The notes beneath the pieces were generated by a model that had not been told where the DNA came from, did no database searches, and saw only the letters and a program-made list of their open reading frames with translations. The translations under genes and the position numbers were made by a program. Positions 24,042 to 35,824 of a stretch of 64,000 nucleotides of DNA are shown here, in pieces; the first letter of the stretch is position 1; each line of letters starts with the position of its first letter. Origin of the DNA: Diplonema japonicum (Eukaryota > Protista > Euglenozoa: Diplonemea); assembly GCA_964019335.1 (NCBI GenBank), contig OZ025664.1, positions 248,001 through 312,000 on the forward strand, given 5' to 3'.

Positions 24042-25560
24042 GGGGGGGTTTGAATAATTCCCTCCCAAATAATGTGTTTTTTCCCAAATAATTCTTTTTT
24101 TTTTTTCGGGGATTTTTCCGCTCCAAATTTCCCAAATAATTCCCGACCCCCTTTTTTTTTGGGGGGACCGGGGGGTGGGGGGGTCACATGGTAGTCGTGC
24201 AACGGGTTTTTCTCAGTTACGCCTGTGCAGGGTACTAGCCTACCTAACCCATGTATACACCCCTTTTTTGACCAAAAAGTCGATTTCCGCCTGGTTTTGG
24301 GCACTCTTTGGGCACTTATGGGCAATTCTTTTGCATTTTTGAACAGGGACCACGGGGTTTGGCACCTGGGGGTTATTGTGAGGGACTAATTTTCTTAACG
24401 CAAGAAGCTAGATGGTTCGTGATGAACGGTTCAAGATTTCACGGAACTACTTTGTTCGAAGGCGCTTTGTGTGTGGCCCGGGTGCTTCTGCGTTGCCGGA
24501 AGGGCACGTGGATTCATGTGTTGACAACTTATCCAGTATTTGCTTTCTTTCATGGCCTGCAATGTCAATATTCCATTCCTGAGCAAGATCCCAAAGTTGT
24601 GCCGTAGCCCACTGGCGGTATTGTGAGGCTGCTTACGCAAGTAAGAGTGCTGGCCCGGCGAGCTACGAGGGAAAAGACCCCATTTTCTTCTAGAAGATGA
24701 GAAATATGTTATAGTGCGATATGATCAGATTGGAACGGCATCCTCTGCTCAACCCGGTGGACGTGGGAGGCCCTTCTTCGGAAGGTGCCAGTCGCTTGAC
24801 CAGTGTCGTCGAATGCGCGCTATATTTATAAATACATATAACAATCGATTGAAAAGGAAAAGTACGTACTGTGAGTGTGGCACCGGCGATTCAGACCTCC
24901 CGCCATTTTGAGGGGTTAGGGGGGGCTGTGACATGCCCCCCCTAAGCAGCCGAAGCGGACGTTGGTTGATGACTGCAGCAGAGTGCCGAATCAACGTGGC
25001 ACTGTAGGTAGGGCAGGCACATGAGAAGGTCATGCAACTGCTCATGAGAAGGTCATGCAACTGCTCGACCCCTTTAGCTGTATGCGGTCTCGCGGTACCT
25101 TCCAGGTAGTTCAGAGGAGACCATACAGCTAAGGGCACTTAGCGAAGTAAGCACTTTGAAGGGGTCGGACCCTTTAGACAGTGCAGCACAGAACGTTGTT
25201 GCGGGTGTTACAATGGACACTACACCTGACGAGACTCCAGCAGCCTCAAGCCCTTGCAGCTTCTCAAGCCCCGACTTCCCAAGCCTCTCAGACCCCCGCA
25301 ACCTCCCAGCAACCACCTAATGCCAAAACCAGGCGGTTTGTTTGCAACGTTTGTGGGTTCTCCACAGCCTGGGAGAAAAACTGTTAAAATTTCCCTTAGA
25401 AAAAAAAAGGGCATGAAAGAAATCTTGGCACGATTTGGCGAAGTGCTCTAAGCCCCGCTCCTGCTTTCCATGTGGCAGGCCCCCCAGCCCAAATAAGTAC
25501 AACCCAAATAAGTGTATTCTAAGTCCACTGCCCAAATAAAGGGATTATTCGGACCCCCCC
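24042..25560. mobile_element. Non-autonomous TIR element (GGG...CCC ends) with subterminal CCCAAATAA repeats and a Zn-finger remnant
   Basis: GGGGGGGTTTGAATAATTCCC / GGGATTATTCGGACCCCCCC imperfect TIR; three CCCAAATAA at each end; RRFVCNVCGFST fragment ~25330; nested copy of the 5051 MITE arm; 23-bp tandem duplication at ~25020-25065. Confidence 0.6.
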
Positions 25561-27421
25561 TTTAGTTTTTTTTTTCTGTTCGGCTTTTTTTTTTTTTTTT
25601 TTTACCCCTCATGTAGGGAGTTCTTTTGAAGTCAAAAAGATATCAAAAGGTACGGCCAAATAAGAACTAGAAATTTAAAAGAAAATGCTCCCCTCTTTTT
25701 TTTTTTTTTTTTTTTTTTTTTCCATCCCACCCCCACCCCCACTCCCCTCAAAAAAGAATCTTTGCTTTGGTATGGATTATTTCTGAGCATGTCTCTATTG
25801 GTATTAACGGGATGGGGGAGAAGGGGTGAGAAGAAAGGGGTTGGGGGAGGGGCTATCATTACCCTCCAGCATCAGAATCTTGTTGGGAGCTTGTCACAAG
25901 AGAAATTGAAGGGGTTCTGTTTTCTCTAGTGTGCAAGCTTGGGGGGTTCTCGGAGGGCAAAGCGTGTTGTGTTGTCCCTCTTCTCACTTTCTCCCCCCTC
26001 CCTTTTTTTCCCCTCCCTTTCTTTTTCTCCTTTTCTTTCTTCAAGACCAAATCAGACTAGCAAGGCTGATCATACAGCAACAAAGCCTGGGGGAGAGGGT
26101 CTTGGTTCTCTCGGTCTCTTTTTTTTTTGTTTTTGTTTTTTTTGTTTCCCTTCCTTTTTACCGCCCCCCCCTCCCCTGTTCATTCTTCTCTTCTTCTCTT
26201 TTTTTTGTTGTGAATTACAAAGAGTCTTTTTTTTTTTCTTGTGCTGATACTTTTTAAAGAAAAAAAAAGAATTGAAGTTAAAAAAAAAATGGGAGGGGCT
26301 ACTTTTTTTTTTTGTTTCTTGAAAGAAAAAAGAAAGAAAACCAGTAAACGAAAAACAAATGTGGAGTGCGGAAGAAACCTTCTCTCCCCCCCCCCCCCTC
26401 CCCCACAATGTTATGGGTCATTAACTGCTGCTCTACATTGTGAGGCAGCTCCTGTGGAACAATCCTGCGCCTGTGTCGGCTTGCTGGCTTCGCCACACCC
26501 TTTTATGGCCGCAAGACATTTGCAGGCTTTTTTTTTGTGGTCGGGAAAAGTACACTCCAACCTGCTGGGACGCTAGTAGGAGCCCTTGAAGGGGGCCTCT
26601 CGCCTGAAGAGGTACAGCACCTGGAGGACTCGCGAGATATGTCCGACAACTGAGAGATAGTACTGACCATGCCCCCTTCCCTTTTTAGGGCGGCTTTCGT
26701 CGCAGGGAGTTTGCATGTTAATTTGAATTTTATTTTTTCCCTCCGCAATCCCCCCCCTCCCCCCGAGAAAAAAAAGAGGACAAATATTATTACACGGCCT
26801 CAAATTATTTTCTCTCTTTGTGGGTTTTTTATTATTTATTTTCCAAGGGGAGGGGTTTTCCCCTTCGCAAAAAAAAAAGGAAAGGAAAGGAAGGAAAGCA
26901 CTTGCGTAGTTGTTGAATTTGTATACAGATATTTTTTTTTTTGAGGGGGTTTATCACAATTCCGTTTCGCAGCTATAAAAATCTGCTGGTGATCACAGTA
27001 AGAAGGGGGTAAAAAAAAAAAAAACAAAAAAAAAAAGTCAGTGTGCGTGAGGGCGCCTGACATTTTTTTTTTTTTTTTTTCCCCCGTTTCTTTTTCTTTT
27101 TTTTTTACTTGAAGAAGCGATACCTCTTCCCAGCGGACGAACAGAAGAGAGTGAAGACGCTCATCGCCATAGGTGGGAAGACAGCTATGGCCACCCACCC
27201 CACACACTTGAACTGAAAGCCGCCTACAAGCGAGACCGTATCACACAACTCCGCAAGACGCTCCCTTTTTTTTTTTTTTTTTTTTTTTTACTTATTCTAT
27301 TACGTTGAACAAAAGCCACCTCCCCAAGTTATATAAGTGAAATTTACCATACCATAGTGTGCCTGCGTCCTAATGTAATATCTGTTCCTTTGAAATTCCC
27401 GTGACTAAAGAGGGACTAAAA

Positions 27422-27535
27422 ATGATGAAAGAAAATGAGTCATTCATTTAAGGCAAGGGTGACCCAGAGCGTCCGATGATACAAATGGCAAGCCGAGAGC
27501 CTTACCTCAGCCTTTTTAACCCTTTCGTCTTCTGA
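27422..27535 (+). ncRNA. Box C/D-like RNA candidate
   Basis: ATGATGA ... ATGATA (C'-like) ... CTGA 27531; AATGAGTCATTC could pair with SSU rRNA GAAUGGCUCAUU (one G-U pair). Confidence 0.4.
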
Positions 27536-28016
27536 AGTTTTGCCGAGCGGTGGGTAACCCCCCATATCAGAAGTTCAGCCTCTTTTTTTTTTTTTTTTTT
27601 TTTTTTGCTATCGGCCAGTGAGCGCAAAAACATGCCTTAAAGATTTATAATTTTTTTTTTGTCTTCCGCCGGGCACAGAATTTGTTATGAAATAGGAGGA
27701 GGCACGTGTCAACGTTAAAAAAAAAAAAAAAGAGGAAAAAAAAAAAAGTTACGAGAAATAAGTTTATTTGTATTTGGTATTTTTTTTCTTTTTTTTTTCT
27801 TTTTTTTATTATTATTATTTTACTGCTGTATATTTCCCCCCCTTCCCCCTTCCCTTCTCCCCTCTTTCCCCCCTTTATTTATTTTCTTTTTCACAAACAG
27901 AATCAATTTTAATTGTAGTAAGCAACGTGGAAAATTGCTATGACTGGCCTCAATTTTTTTGTATTTGGTATTTTTTTTTTTTTTTTTCCTCCCACATTTC
28001 TTTCAGGCGTCCTGCC

Positions 28017-28045
<29 letters not shown>

Positions 28046-28048
<3 letters not shown>

Positions 28049-28080
28049 GTCCTGCCACATACCGCAGGCACCCATGTCTC
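28046..28080 (+). repeat. Dispersed ~40-nt hairpin motif, copy A (others at 33009, 39175, 58148)
   Basis: GGCG(N)TCCTGYCACAYACYGCAGG consensus in four places. Confidence 0.8.
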
Positions 28081-29010
28081 TTTTTTTTTTTTTTTTTTTT
28101 TTTTTTTCAGAGTCCCCTTTTCGTCATTTTTCTCTCTTTTTTTTCGTCCGGTTGAACTCAGAACAGCATACCGTAAAAGAATAATACCCCCCCCCCCCTT
28201 TGAGGGAGTCACAAGCGAAAGGGAAACTCTAGTTCTTAAGCCCAACGTGGAGAGCCACTAAAATCGAGACAACCTCCCCCCCCACTCCAGGACCTTTAAA
28301 AAAAACTGCGAAAGTTCTGCTTCAAAGCAGCTAGTATTTGTTGCAACTCCGATCAGGAAGAAAAAAAAAAAAAAAACTGCCCGTTGAGCGACTCAAAAAT
28401 GACGAAAGGGGACGTAAAAAGAAGAAGAAAAAATACCGGCAACATAGCTATTTCTATTCTTTTTTTTTTATTTTTTCGTTTTTCTTTTTTTTGCGAGCAA
28501 AAAAAAAAAACAAATAACAAGGAGGGAGGGGGGAGGAGGGCAATTAGAAATTCACTCATAGTGGTCAGCGGAATGGACCTGGCCATGGCTAAGTCTCCTG
28601 CTTGAGAAAAAGAAACACATACAGAGGACTGGTGCTGCCTGCGAGAACAGGCATTGCTCCATGCATATCCCCCCCCTGTCCCCCTTAATTTTTTCCTCTC
28701 CCGTTTGACCATTTTTTTTTTTTTTTTTTTTTTTTGCACCATCAAACAAAAAAAGAAAAGAAAAAAGAAGAATATTTTGGGAGTTTTTTTTTTTTTCTCT
28801 TTTTTTTTTCCCTACTATTTTTATTATTTACAAAAAAAAGGGGGGGGGCGGAGAGGTTTAAATAAAAATAATGGCAGCTACACACCAAAAAAAAACAGCT
28901 CCCCCTCCCAATAAAAAGTAAGTTCAGTTATTTTTTATTTTTTTCCCCCCTTCAAAAAAAAATATATATATATATATTTCCCCCCAACTCAGGTTTTTTT
29001 CAAAAAAAAA

Positions 29011-30198
29011 ATGGAAACTTTGTACAACACATATTCTCTTCTTGCGGGAATTCTGTCAAAGCTCACAACCTACGATGTGATTCACAACATCATCACCAAG
29101 AACGGCGTTGATAAAGTATCGCATTTTTGGATGTTTGAAAAAGTTGCAATGGTGGGGAACAAAGCGGCTGTGCTCAAGGTTTCTACAGACCCACGATTTG
29201 TAAAGGGTGAAGCGACAATCGAGACCCTGAGGGAAACCTTTGGGATAGCTCTTTTCAACGAGAACGACCGCAGCAAAGCAACTTTACAACGGCAGGCATT
29301 TCACTTAATCCACAAGGTAAATAGCGGGAAAGAGTTCAGAACCCAAATCGATGTTTTAGTCACCAGACATCTTTCCTTGATGGACGAATTCGCCAATGGC
29401 AAACCCTTCGATATGCTACCTGTAATCGCAAACTTCGCCTTCGATTTCATGTTGACCGTCGTCTATGGAAAATCACTGTATGCTCTTGACGGTGAGATCC
29501 TTGAAAAAGAAGTGCAGTTCAAAAAGGACATCGATGACTTATTGGAAGCAACGGGAATTGCTTTACACAAGAAACCTGTGCCGGCTCATCTCCGTCCAGC
29601 TGCTTCAAAATGCAAGGCGTACATTAAAGATTTTCTAGGTGATAATTACAAGGAAATCGATGCTGATTTACTGCGTGGCTTAGCGATTGCAGGTTACGCC
29701 ACCATTACAGCAGTTCTCTCTAGCACGCTGAGCTTCCTCGGGACGGAAAAGTACAAGGGATATCAAGAGAGAACATGTAAAGAGCAAAGCTTGAAAATGG
29801 CTGAAAACGCAATGTGGGAATCCGGGCGTCTTCAGCCCCCTGTGTCTATCTTCGAAAAGGTCGCTTCCGAGGATGTAGAACTCAATGGGACAACTATCAG
29901 GACTGGCCAAAAAGTCATTGTTTCCCTTTTAACCGCATCGCTCAACACCGACATCACCGGTGACCCTGAAGAATGGGACCCTACACGTTGGGAGGCCAAT
30001 ACCCAACTTCACAAATATCTTTTTGGTGACGGGCCCAGAGCCTGTCCGGGAAGAAGAATCGCCGTGGAAGTGCTCAGACAGGCCACCTTGGGCATTATCA
30101 GCCAGTACAAGATTGTTCTTGTAAAACCCCGTACAAAAAAATTGGATTCTATGATTTGCGAGTTTACAGATTTGGTGGTCGCCCTCGAGCGTCGCTGA
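29011..30198 (+). CDS. Cytochrome P450
   Basis: Heme motif FGDGPRACPG, ExxR (ESGR), meander PTRW, I-helix AGYAT. Confidence 0.92.
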   Translation: METLYNTYSLLAGILSKLTTYDVIHNIITKNGVDKVSHFWMFEKVAMVGNKAAVLKVSTDPRFVKGEATIETLRETFGIALFNENDRSKATLQRQAFHLIHKVNSGKEFRTQIDVLVTRHLSLMDEFANGKPFDMLPVIANFAFDFMLTVVYGKSLYALDGEILEKEVQFKKDIDDLLEATGIALHKKPVPAHLRPAASKCKAYIKDFLGDNYKEIDADLLRGLAIAGYATITAVLSSTLSFLGTEKYKGYQERTCKEQSLKMAENAMWESGRLQPPVSIFEKVASEDVELNGTTIRTGQKVIVSLLTASLNTDITGDPEEWDPTRWEANTQLHKYLFGDGPRACPGRRIAVEVLRQATLGIISQYKIVLVKPRTKKLDSMICEFTDLVVALERR

Positions 30199-30225
30199 TG
30201 GAAATAAATAGCTATTTATTGCCAA

Positions 30226-30779
30226 CAAATAATGAGTTATTATTTAACTCGAGTTCCCGAATTTTTTGCACGAGGGCCCGCAGGGCCCTCGTGCAAAAAA
30301 ATGGTAACGAGTGTTAAATAATGGCTCATTTGGCGGCAAGTAAGTCGTTTTATTTCACTCTTCGTCATTTGAGTCACTCACTCTTCACTGCTTTCACTGC
30401 TGTTTTTTTTTCACGCAGGTCAGCTTTTTGGGGATTTTCCTAAGGTAATACAGGGTAGCTATTTCGCCGTGGCATTTAAAGGGGAAGTAAGGCACTTATT
30501 CCCACTTTTAAGGGCTGGAATGGCCTCAGATGGCCAAAAATAGTCAAAATACCCCCACCCCAAAAAAGTTTTTCAAGGGGTTGGGTGCATTTTTTTCCAC
30601 GGCGAGACTCATTTTCCCACTCTGAAGGGCCATTATTTCACTCTGAAGGGCCATTATTTAACTGCAAAATCTCATTATTTAACTAGTTAAATAATGGCGA
30701 TTTCGCGTTAAATAATGGCCATTTCGCGTTAAATAATGAGGCCCGGTGAGTGAAGAAAATGACGAAGAGTGAAATAAAA
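30226..30779. mobile_element. Palindrome-rich non-autonomous element, Crypton-like
   Basis: 18-bp perfect hairpin 30262-30300, 23-bp inverted repeat 30348-30370/30757-30779, 24-bp palindrome 30673-30696, repeated ATTATTTAAC half-sites. Confidence 0.55.
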
Positions 30780-30968
30780 AAAAAAAAGAAAAAAAAATCA
30801 TTTTTGAAGATAAAGGGAACCCCCTCCTATGATTTTTTTTTTAATATATATTTTCTCTTCATTTCACTCCTTCCCTCCCCCTTTTTTTTTTTTTTTTTGA
30901 GAAAAAACACGGTTTTTTAATTTGGATTTTTTTTTCCACTATTTTGTGCGGTGACTTGAAATTTCATG

Positions 30969-31006
<38 letters not shown>

Positions 31007-32174
31007 CTTGTCATCCACGGTCACCCCAATAGTTTTATCTCAACCAACCTTCCGCTTTTCTTTGCTTGCTTTCATAAATTAGGGTTTTCCGTGGATGGCG
31101 GAAAGTGAAATTCAGTGAGCAACACAAACGGTGGAAAACTTTTTTTTTCTTTCTTTCTTCTCTTTGTCACTGCAATAAGAGTGGTGGCAAAGGCTTTCTT
31201 GTTTCATTCTTGCTCTTCCCCTCCCCTGAATTCTTTCTTAGGGCAGGTGATGTTCTATCCCCTTCTCGTTTCCGCTTTGTTTACCCCCCCCTTTTTTTTA
31301 ACCCATAAAGGACATTTTGTGGTCTAAAATGGAGATGTTGGACTGTTGGATCTGGCACAAAAAAAAAACATTATTTCCAGTACCCTAGTCTGTCCTGGTG
31401 CGAAGAGACACGCTTGGTACCAGACGTAACCAGACGCGGTAGTAGAGCATTCGAATTCTTGCACAAGGATCACTTTTGGTCTTTTATGGGTTAGTGTATT
31501 TTTATTTTTTATTTTTATTTTTTTATAAAGCAAAAAAAAAAAAAAAATAGAAAAATAAAAAATTGGTATGGTTCAGTTTCTACTGCTATTCTTGTCAAAC
31601 TACTTTCCAAAAAAAAAAAAATCTGGGATTTGAAAGAAGGAAAAAAAAAAAAAAAAAAATTGCAACCAGATTTTGACATGGAAAACGAGTTGCGAAAAAA
31701 AAGAAGGGGAAAAAAAAATGAGAGGGAAAAAAAAAAAAAAAAAAAAAAAAAAAATAGCGCAACGGCTACCATAATTATTACCTTAAAGCGAGACGATGTG
31801 CGAACAAAAAATAAGTCATAAATTCAAATATTTCTTGGCTTGTCTAATCAATTCTTCTCTTTTTTTTTTTTTTTTTTTTTTTAAACAAAGAGTTCTTAGC
31901 TCCTATTTGCGCGGCTTCTACATTCCTTCCTTTCCCTTTCTTGCGAGAAATTTAAAAAAAAAAAAAAACCACTTACCAATAGACGGACTATCTTTCTCAA
32001 GGACACATATGAAAATGTGCTTCTTCTTATACTTTTTTCTTCTTAGCAGAGACATGATTCTGTCATGTTGCCGCGATTTAAAGAATTAAGGTCTGAAAAC
32101 AATTAAGAAAATGGCCAGACTTCAGATTTTTGCTAAAGTCTTTTATTTTAAAATACGGTATTTTTTTTTTTTCA

Positions 32175-32481
32175 GGTGGTGGGGATAACATGAAAATATA
32201 AGAAAAACATCAGATGTGTTGTTCGCTGTTGACCTCCTCGTCGGTCATCACCGGTAGCGCCCAAGTGGAAGAACATAATGCAGATGCTCAGGGTGACGAA
32301 CAGGCAGCAAACTGCACGAGCGCAGAATCTTGGTTACCCGGGACGCACCGGCTGGGGTTGAGCTGTACACCGCACGCATTAAGGACACGACGCGGAACGC
32401 AGAAGAAGCTACAACTCGGCCGCGGCGCGCCCCCTGTCATCAAGTAGACAGTTCTTGTGCAGGGCGCCAACACCGGCCTCC
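32175..32481. repeat. ~310-bp dispersed element, copy 1 (structured RNA, SINE-like element or small gene)
   Basis: Near-identical to 59344-59653; sharp ends against homopolymer flanks. Confidence 0.9.
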
Positions 32482-32724
32482 TTTTTTTTTTTTTTTTTTT
32501 TTTTTTTTGATGTGATACAAGCTTTTCTAACGCAATGTAGGACCTCAAAAAATAAAAAAGAAACCACATGCCGCACCCGGGGGGAGGGAAGAAAAAATGG
32601 CAAACGCTAGGGCGAAAAAAAAATTGAGCACGAAAACGTAGATGTCTACTTTTTCATTCTTTTTTTTTTCTTCTCTCCATACGTTTGCTTTACGAAACTT
32701 TTCATGATGAAAATTTACCCCCGA

Positions 32725-32757
<33 letters not shown>

Positions 32758-33008
32758 CCTTTTACAGGTCAACCTTTTAAACAACGCTTTGCCCTGAAGG
32801 GAAATGTACAAAACAAAACAACCAATAAAATAAGACAAGAGGGGGGAAAAAAAAATATATATTGGTGGGCCGATGCTAACCACTTCGTTCCTATCGTAGT
32901 GAATTTCTTTTTACTTCTGCCTCTCTGCGATCTTCTACGGTAGGTACGGGCAACTCACCACACAAAAAAAAAAAAATCTTTCTTTCTTTCCCCACCCAAC
33001 TTTCTTAA

Positions 33009-33049
33009 GGCGGTCCTGTCACACACTGCAGGTTCCCTTCAAAGGCTCC
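33009..33049 (+). repeat. Dispersed hairpin motif, copy B
   Basis: GGCGGTCCTGTCACACACTGCAGGTTCCCTTCAAAGGCTCC. Confidence 0.8.
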
Positions 33050-33626
33050 TTTTTTCTTCTTAATGCTCTGCTTCTTATCTTGCAAAATACCCTCTTCCCC
33101 CCCCCCCCCCCCCCCCTCAAATGGGGCGACAAAGACCTTTGAACGGGTCCAGGTGCATTTCAGGGGACGTCTGTGTCAAGGCGCGGGAAAACCTTGGTCA
33201 GCTGTTTTGCATCAGGTATCATTACCAAGTGGCCAGCTTGTCACCCAGGCACAGACAGACCTTTCAACAAAAAGATGCCCCCCATGGTGCCCGCCACACA
33301 GGCGGGTTTGCTGCCCGTTCTAATGTGTTCATTGACTACTACCACTTGGAACTGACTGTGAAGCGTTCGTTGACTTGTGACACCCATAACGTCAAAAGAT
33401 CAGGAAAAAAAAATTCCAATTTTTCTCTTCCCCCCACTTTTTTCTTTTATTTAAATTTTCCTTTCACAGCTGTTCAATTGCGATTCCCCCCTCACCCCCC
33501 CCTTTTTTTTCCCTTGTGGTCGCAACGAGAGTTTTTTTTCTCTCATTCTTTTTTTTTTTCCTCTTTCTTTTTTCCTTCTTCATCCTCTTTCATTTCCCAT
33601 CGCTACCCACGTACCACAGCATCAAA

Positions 33627-34152
33627 ATGAACGTCTCGATGAGGGCCCTGCGTTCGACTGTTTTCAGAGTGGAGCGTACAGGTGGCATGGTCGCAGTGTC
33701 ACGCAGGTGGGCGTCTGACAGAAAGCCCAGCGACAAGGTGTACGACACGCTGGAGGAGGCCGTGGCTGACATCCCATCCGGGTCCACACTGTTGGTCGGT
33801 GGCTTCGGGCTGTGCGGGACACCCCATGCCACCATCCAGGCCCTCCAGAAGCAGGGTGCCAAAGACCTCACTGTGGTCAGCAACAACGCCGGGGTTGACG
33901 ACTGGGGTCTCGGCCTCCTCCTCCAGACCAGGCAGGTCAAGAAGATGATCAGCAGCTACGTTGGCGAGAACAAGACTGTATGTTGTGCTCACCTCTTTAT
34001 CACCCCCACAGTTCGAGAAGCAGTACCTCAATGGTGAGCTTGAGGTTGAACTGACCCCCCAGGGCACCCTCGCCGAGAGGATCAGGGCCGGTGGTGCGGG
34101 CATCCCTGCCTTTTTCACCCCCACGGCTGCGGGAACAGTATGGCCAGCCTTG

Positions 34153-34189
<37 letters not shown>

Positions 34190-35286
34190 TGATCGAGGAG
34201 GGCAACTTCCCCACAAAGTACGGGAAGGATGGTGAGGGCGAGCCGCAGGTAGTGTCGAAGGGGAGAGAGTCCAGGGTCATCGACGGGAGGCACTACATCC
34301 TGGAGCCCGCCATCAAGGGTGAGTTTGCGATCGTGAAGGCGTACCAGGCGGACACAAGGGGTAACCTGAGGTTCAAGGGCACGGCAAGGAACTTCAACCC
34401 CGCAGTCGCGACCGCAGGTAAGATCACGATCGCTGAGGTGGAGGAGATCGTGCCGGCAGGGACGTTTAAACCGGAGGACGTGCACCTGCCGGGTGTGTAC
34501 GTGCAGAGGATCGTGTGCCCTCCAAAATACGAGAAGAAAATTGAGAGGAGAACGGTCAGGAAGGAAACACAAGTGGAGTCAAACGAGGAGGTGGAACTGA
34601 AGGACCCCACGACCCTGAACGTGAGGGAGAGAATCGTGAGGAGGGCCGCACTGGAGTTCCAGGACGGGATGTACGTGAATCTTGGGATCGGGATGCCGAC
34701 TATGGCGAGCAACTACCTGCCCAAGGGGTGGGACATCGAGCTGCAGAGTGAAAACGGGCTCCTGGGCATGGGCCCGTACCCTCTTGAAGAGGAGGCCGAT
34801 GCCGATCTCATTAACGCAGGGAAGGAAACAGTGAGCTACCTGCCTAGCAGTGCCATCTTCGGCTCTGACCAGTCGTTCGCGATGATCAGAGGTGGCCACA
34901 TGCACCTCACCATCCTTGGTGGCCTTCAGGTTGCGTCCAACGGTGACCTTGCGAACTGGATTATCCCGAAGAAGATGGTAAAGGGCATGGGTGGTGCCAT
35001 GGACTTGGTCTCCTCCGGCTCGCGTGTTGTGGTGACCATGGAACACAGTGCCAAGAATGGCGGCCACAAGATCCTCGACAGCTGCACGCTGCCCCTCACC
35101 GGCAAGGGTGTCGTTGATAGGGTGATCACAGAACTTGCCGTTTTCGACTGCAACAAGGAGACCAACACCATGACTCTTGTTGAACTCGCCCCTGGTGTGA
35201 CGGAGGAGCAGGTCAAGGAGGCTACTGGTGCCACCTACTCGGTGTCTCCTGACCTCAAGACCATGTCCTTTGCGGGTTGCTTCTGA
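33627..35286 (+). CDS. OXCT1: Succinyl-CoA:3-oxoacid CoA-transferase, mitochondrial; introns 33978-34011 and 34138-34188
   Basis: [35 protein letters not shown], catalytic SENG and [10 protein letters not shown] motifs; Arg-rich presequence. Confidence 0.95.
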
Positions 35287-35824
35287 GTACGATATTTGCA
35301 TTATTGAGATTTTCTGTCAGTTTTGTGTTTTTTTTTTTTTGTTTTTTTTTGTGTGTGTGTACATTGGTTGAATATTTGGGGAGGGACGAAAAAACGTGTT
35401 TCCCCCCTTTTTTTTTTCTCCTCGGGAAGGCTTGGGTGAAATTAGGTGAAACACAGGGGGAGGGGGGGAAATGAGTAAAAAAGAAAAAAAAAAAAAGAAA
35501 AAAATAGCTTTTTTTTTGGAGGGAAATTTCAGCTAAAAAGCTACTTTACATTCCAAGAACACAAAAACACGTGACATAAGCTTGCTTGTACCTTTTTTTT
35601 TTTTTTTTTTTCCAAAACGTTTGCAACAAAAAAAAGGGGGAGAAAGGGAAAGTTCTCTCTCTTTTTTATTTTTTTCTTCTTTTTATTTATTTATTTATTT
35701 ATTTTTTTTTATTTTTTTTTTTTTGCAATTAAAACTTATTTTTTTCATTCCGTACAAATTATAAATACAACTAATTTTATCTCAAAAAAAAAAAGGGAGC
35801 GAAAAAAAAAAAAGAAAAAAAAAA

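Noticed and set aside
27372-27390. U2 snRNA (TGTAATATCTGTTC resembles GUAGUAUCUGUUC)
   Set aside because: No U2 5' stem I (CTTCTCGGC..GCTAAGATCA) and no stem IIa
31561-31590. Spliced-leader RNA gene (ATTGGTATG, CAGTTTCT)
   Set aside because: The motifs are in the wrong order and no 39-nt SL exon is present
32175-32481. 7SL or RNase P/MRP RNA
   Set aside because: Only loose helix-8-like CAGG..GCAG and CR-V-like similarity; no Alu domain or CR-I
34138-34188. Poly-Lys insertions or frameshift pseudogenes in conserved proteins
   Set aside because: Explained by GT-AG introns that restore the conserved sequence
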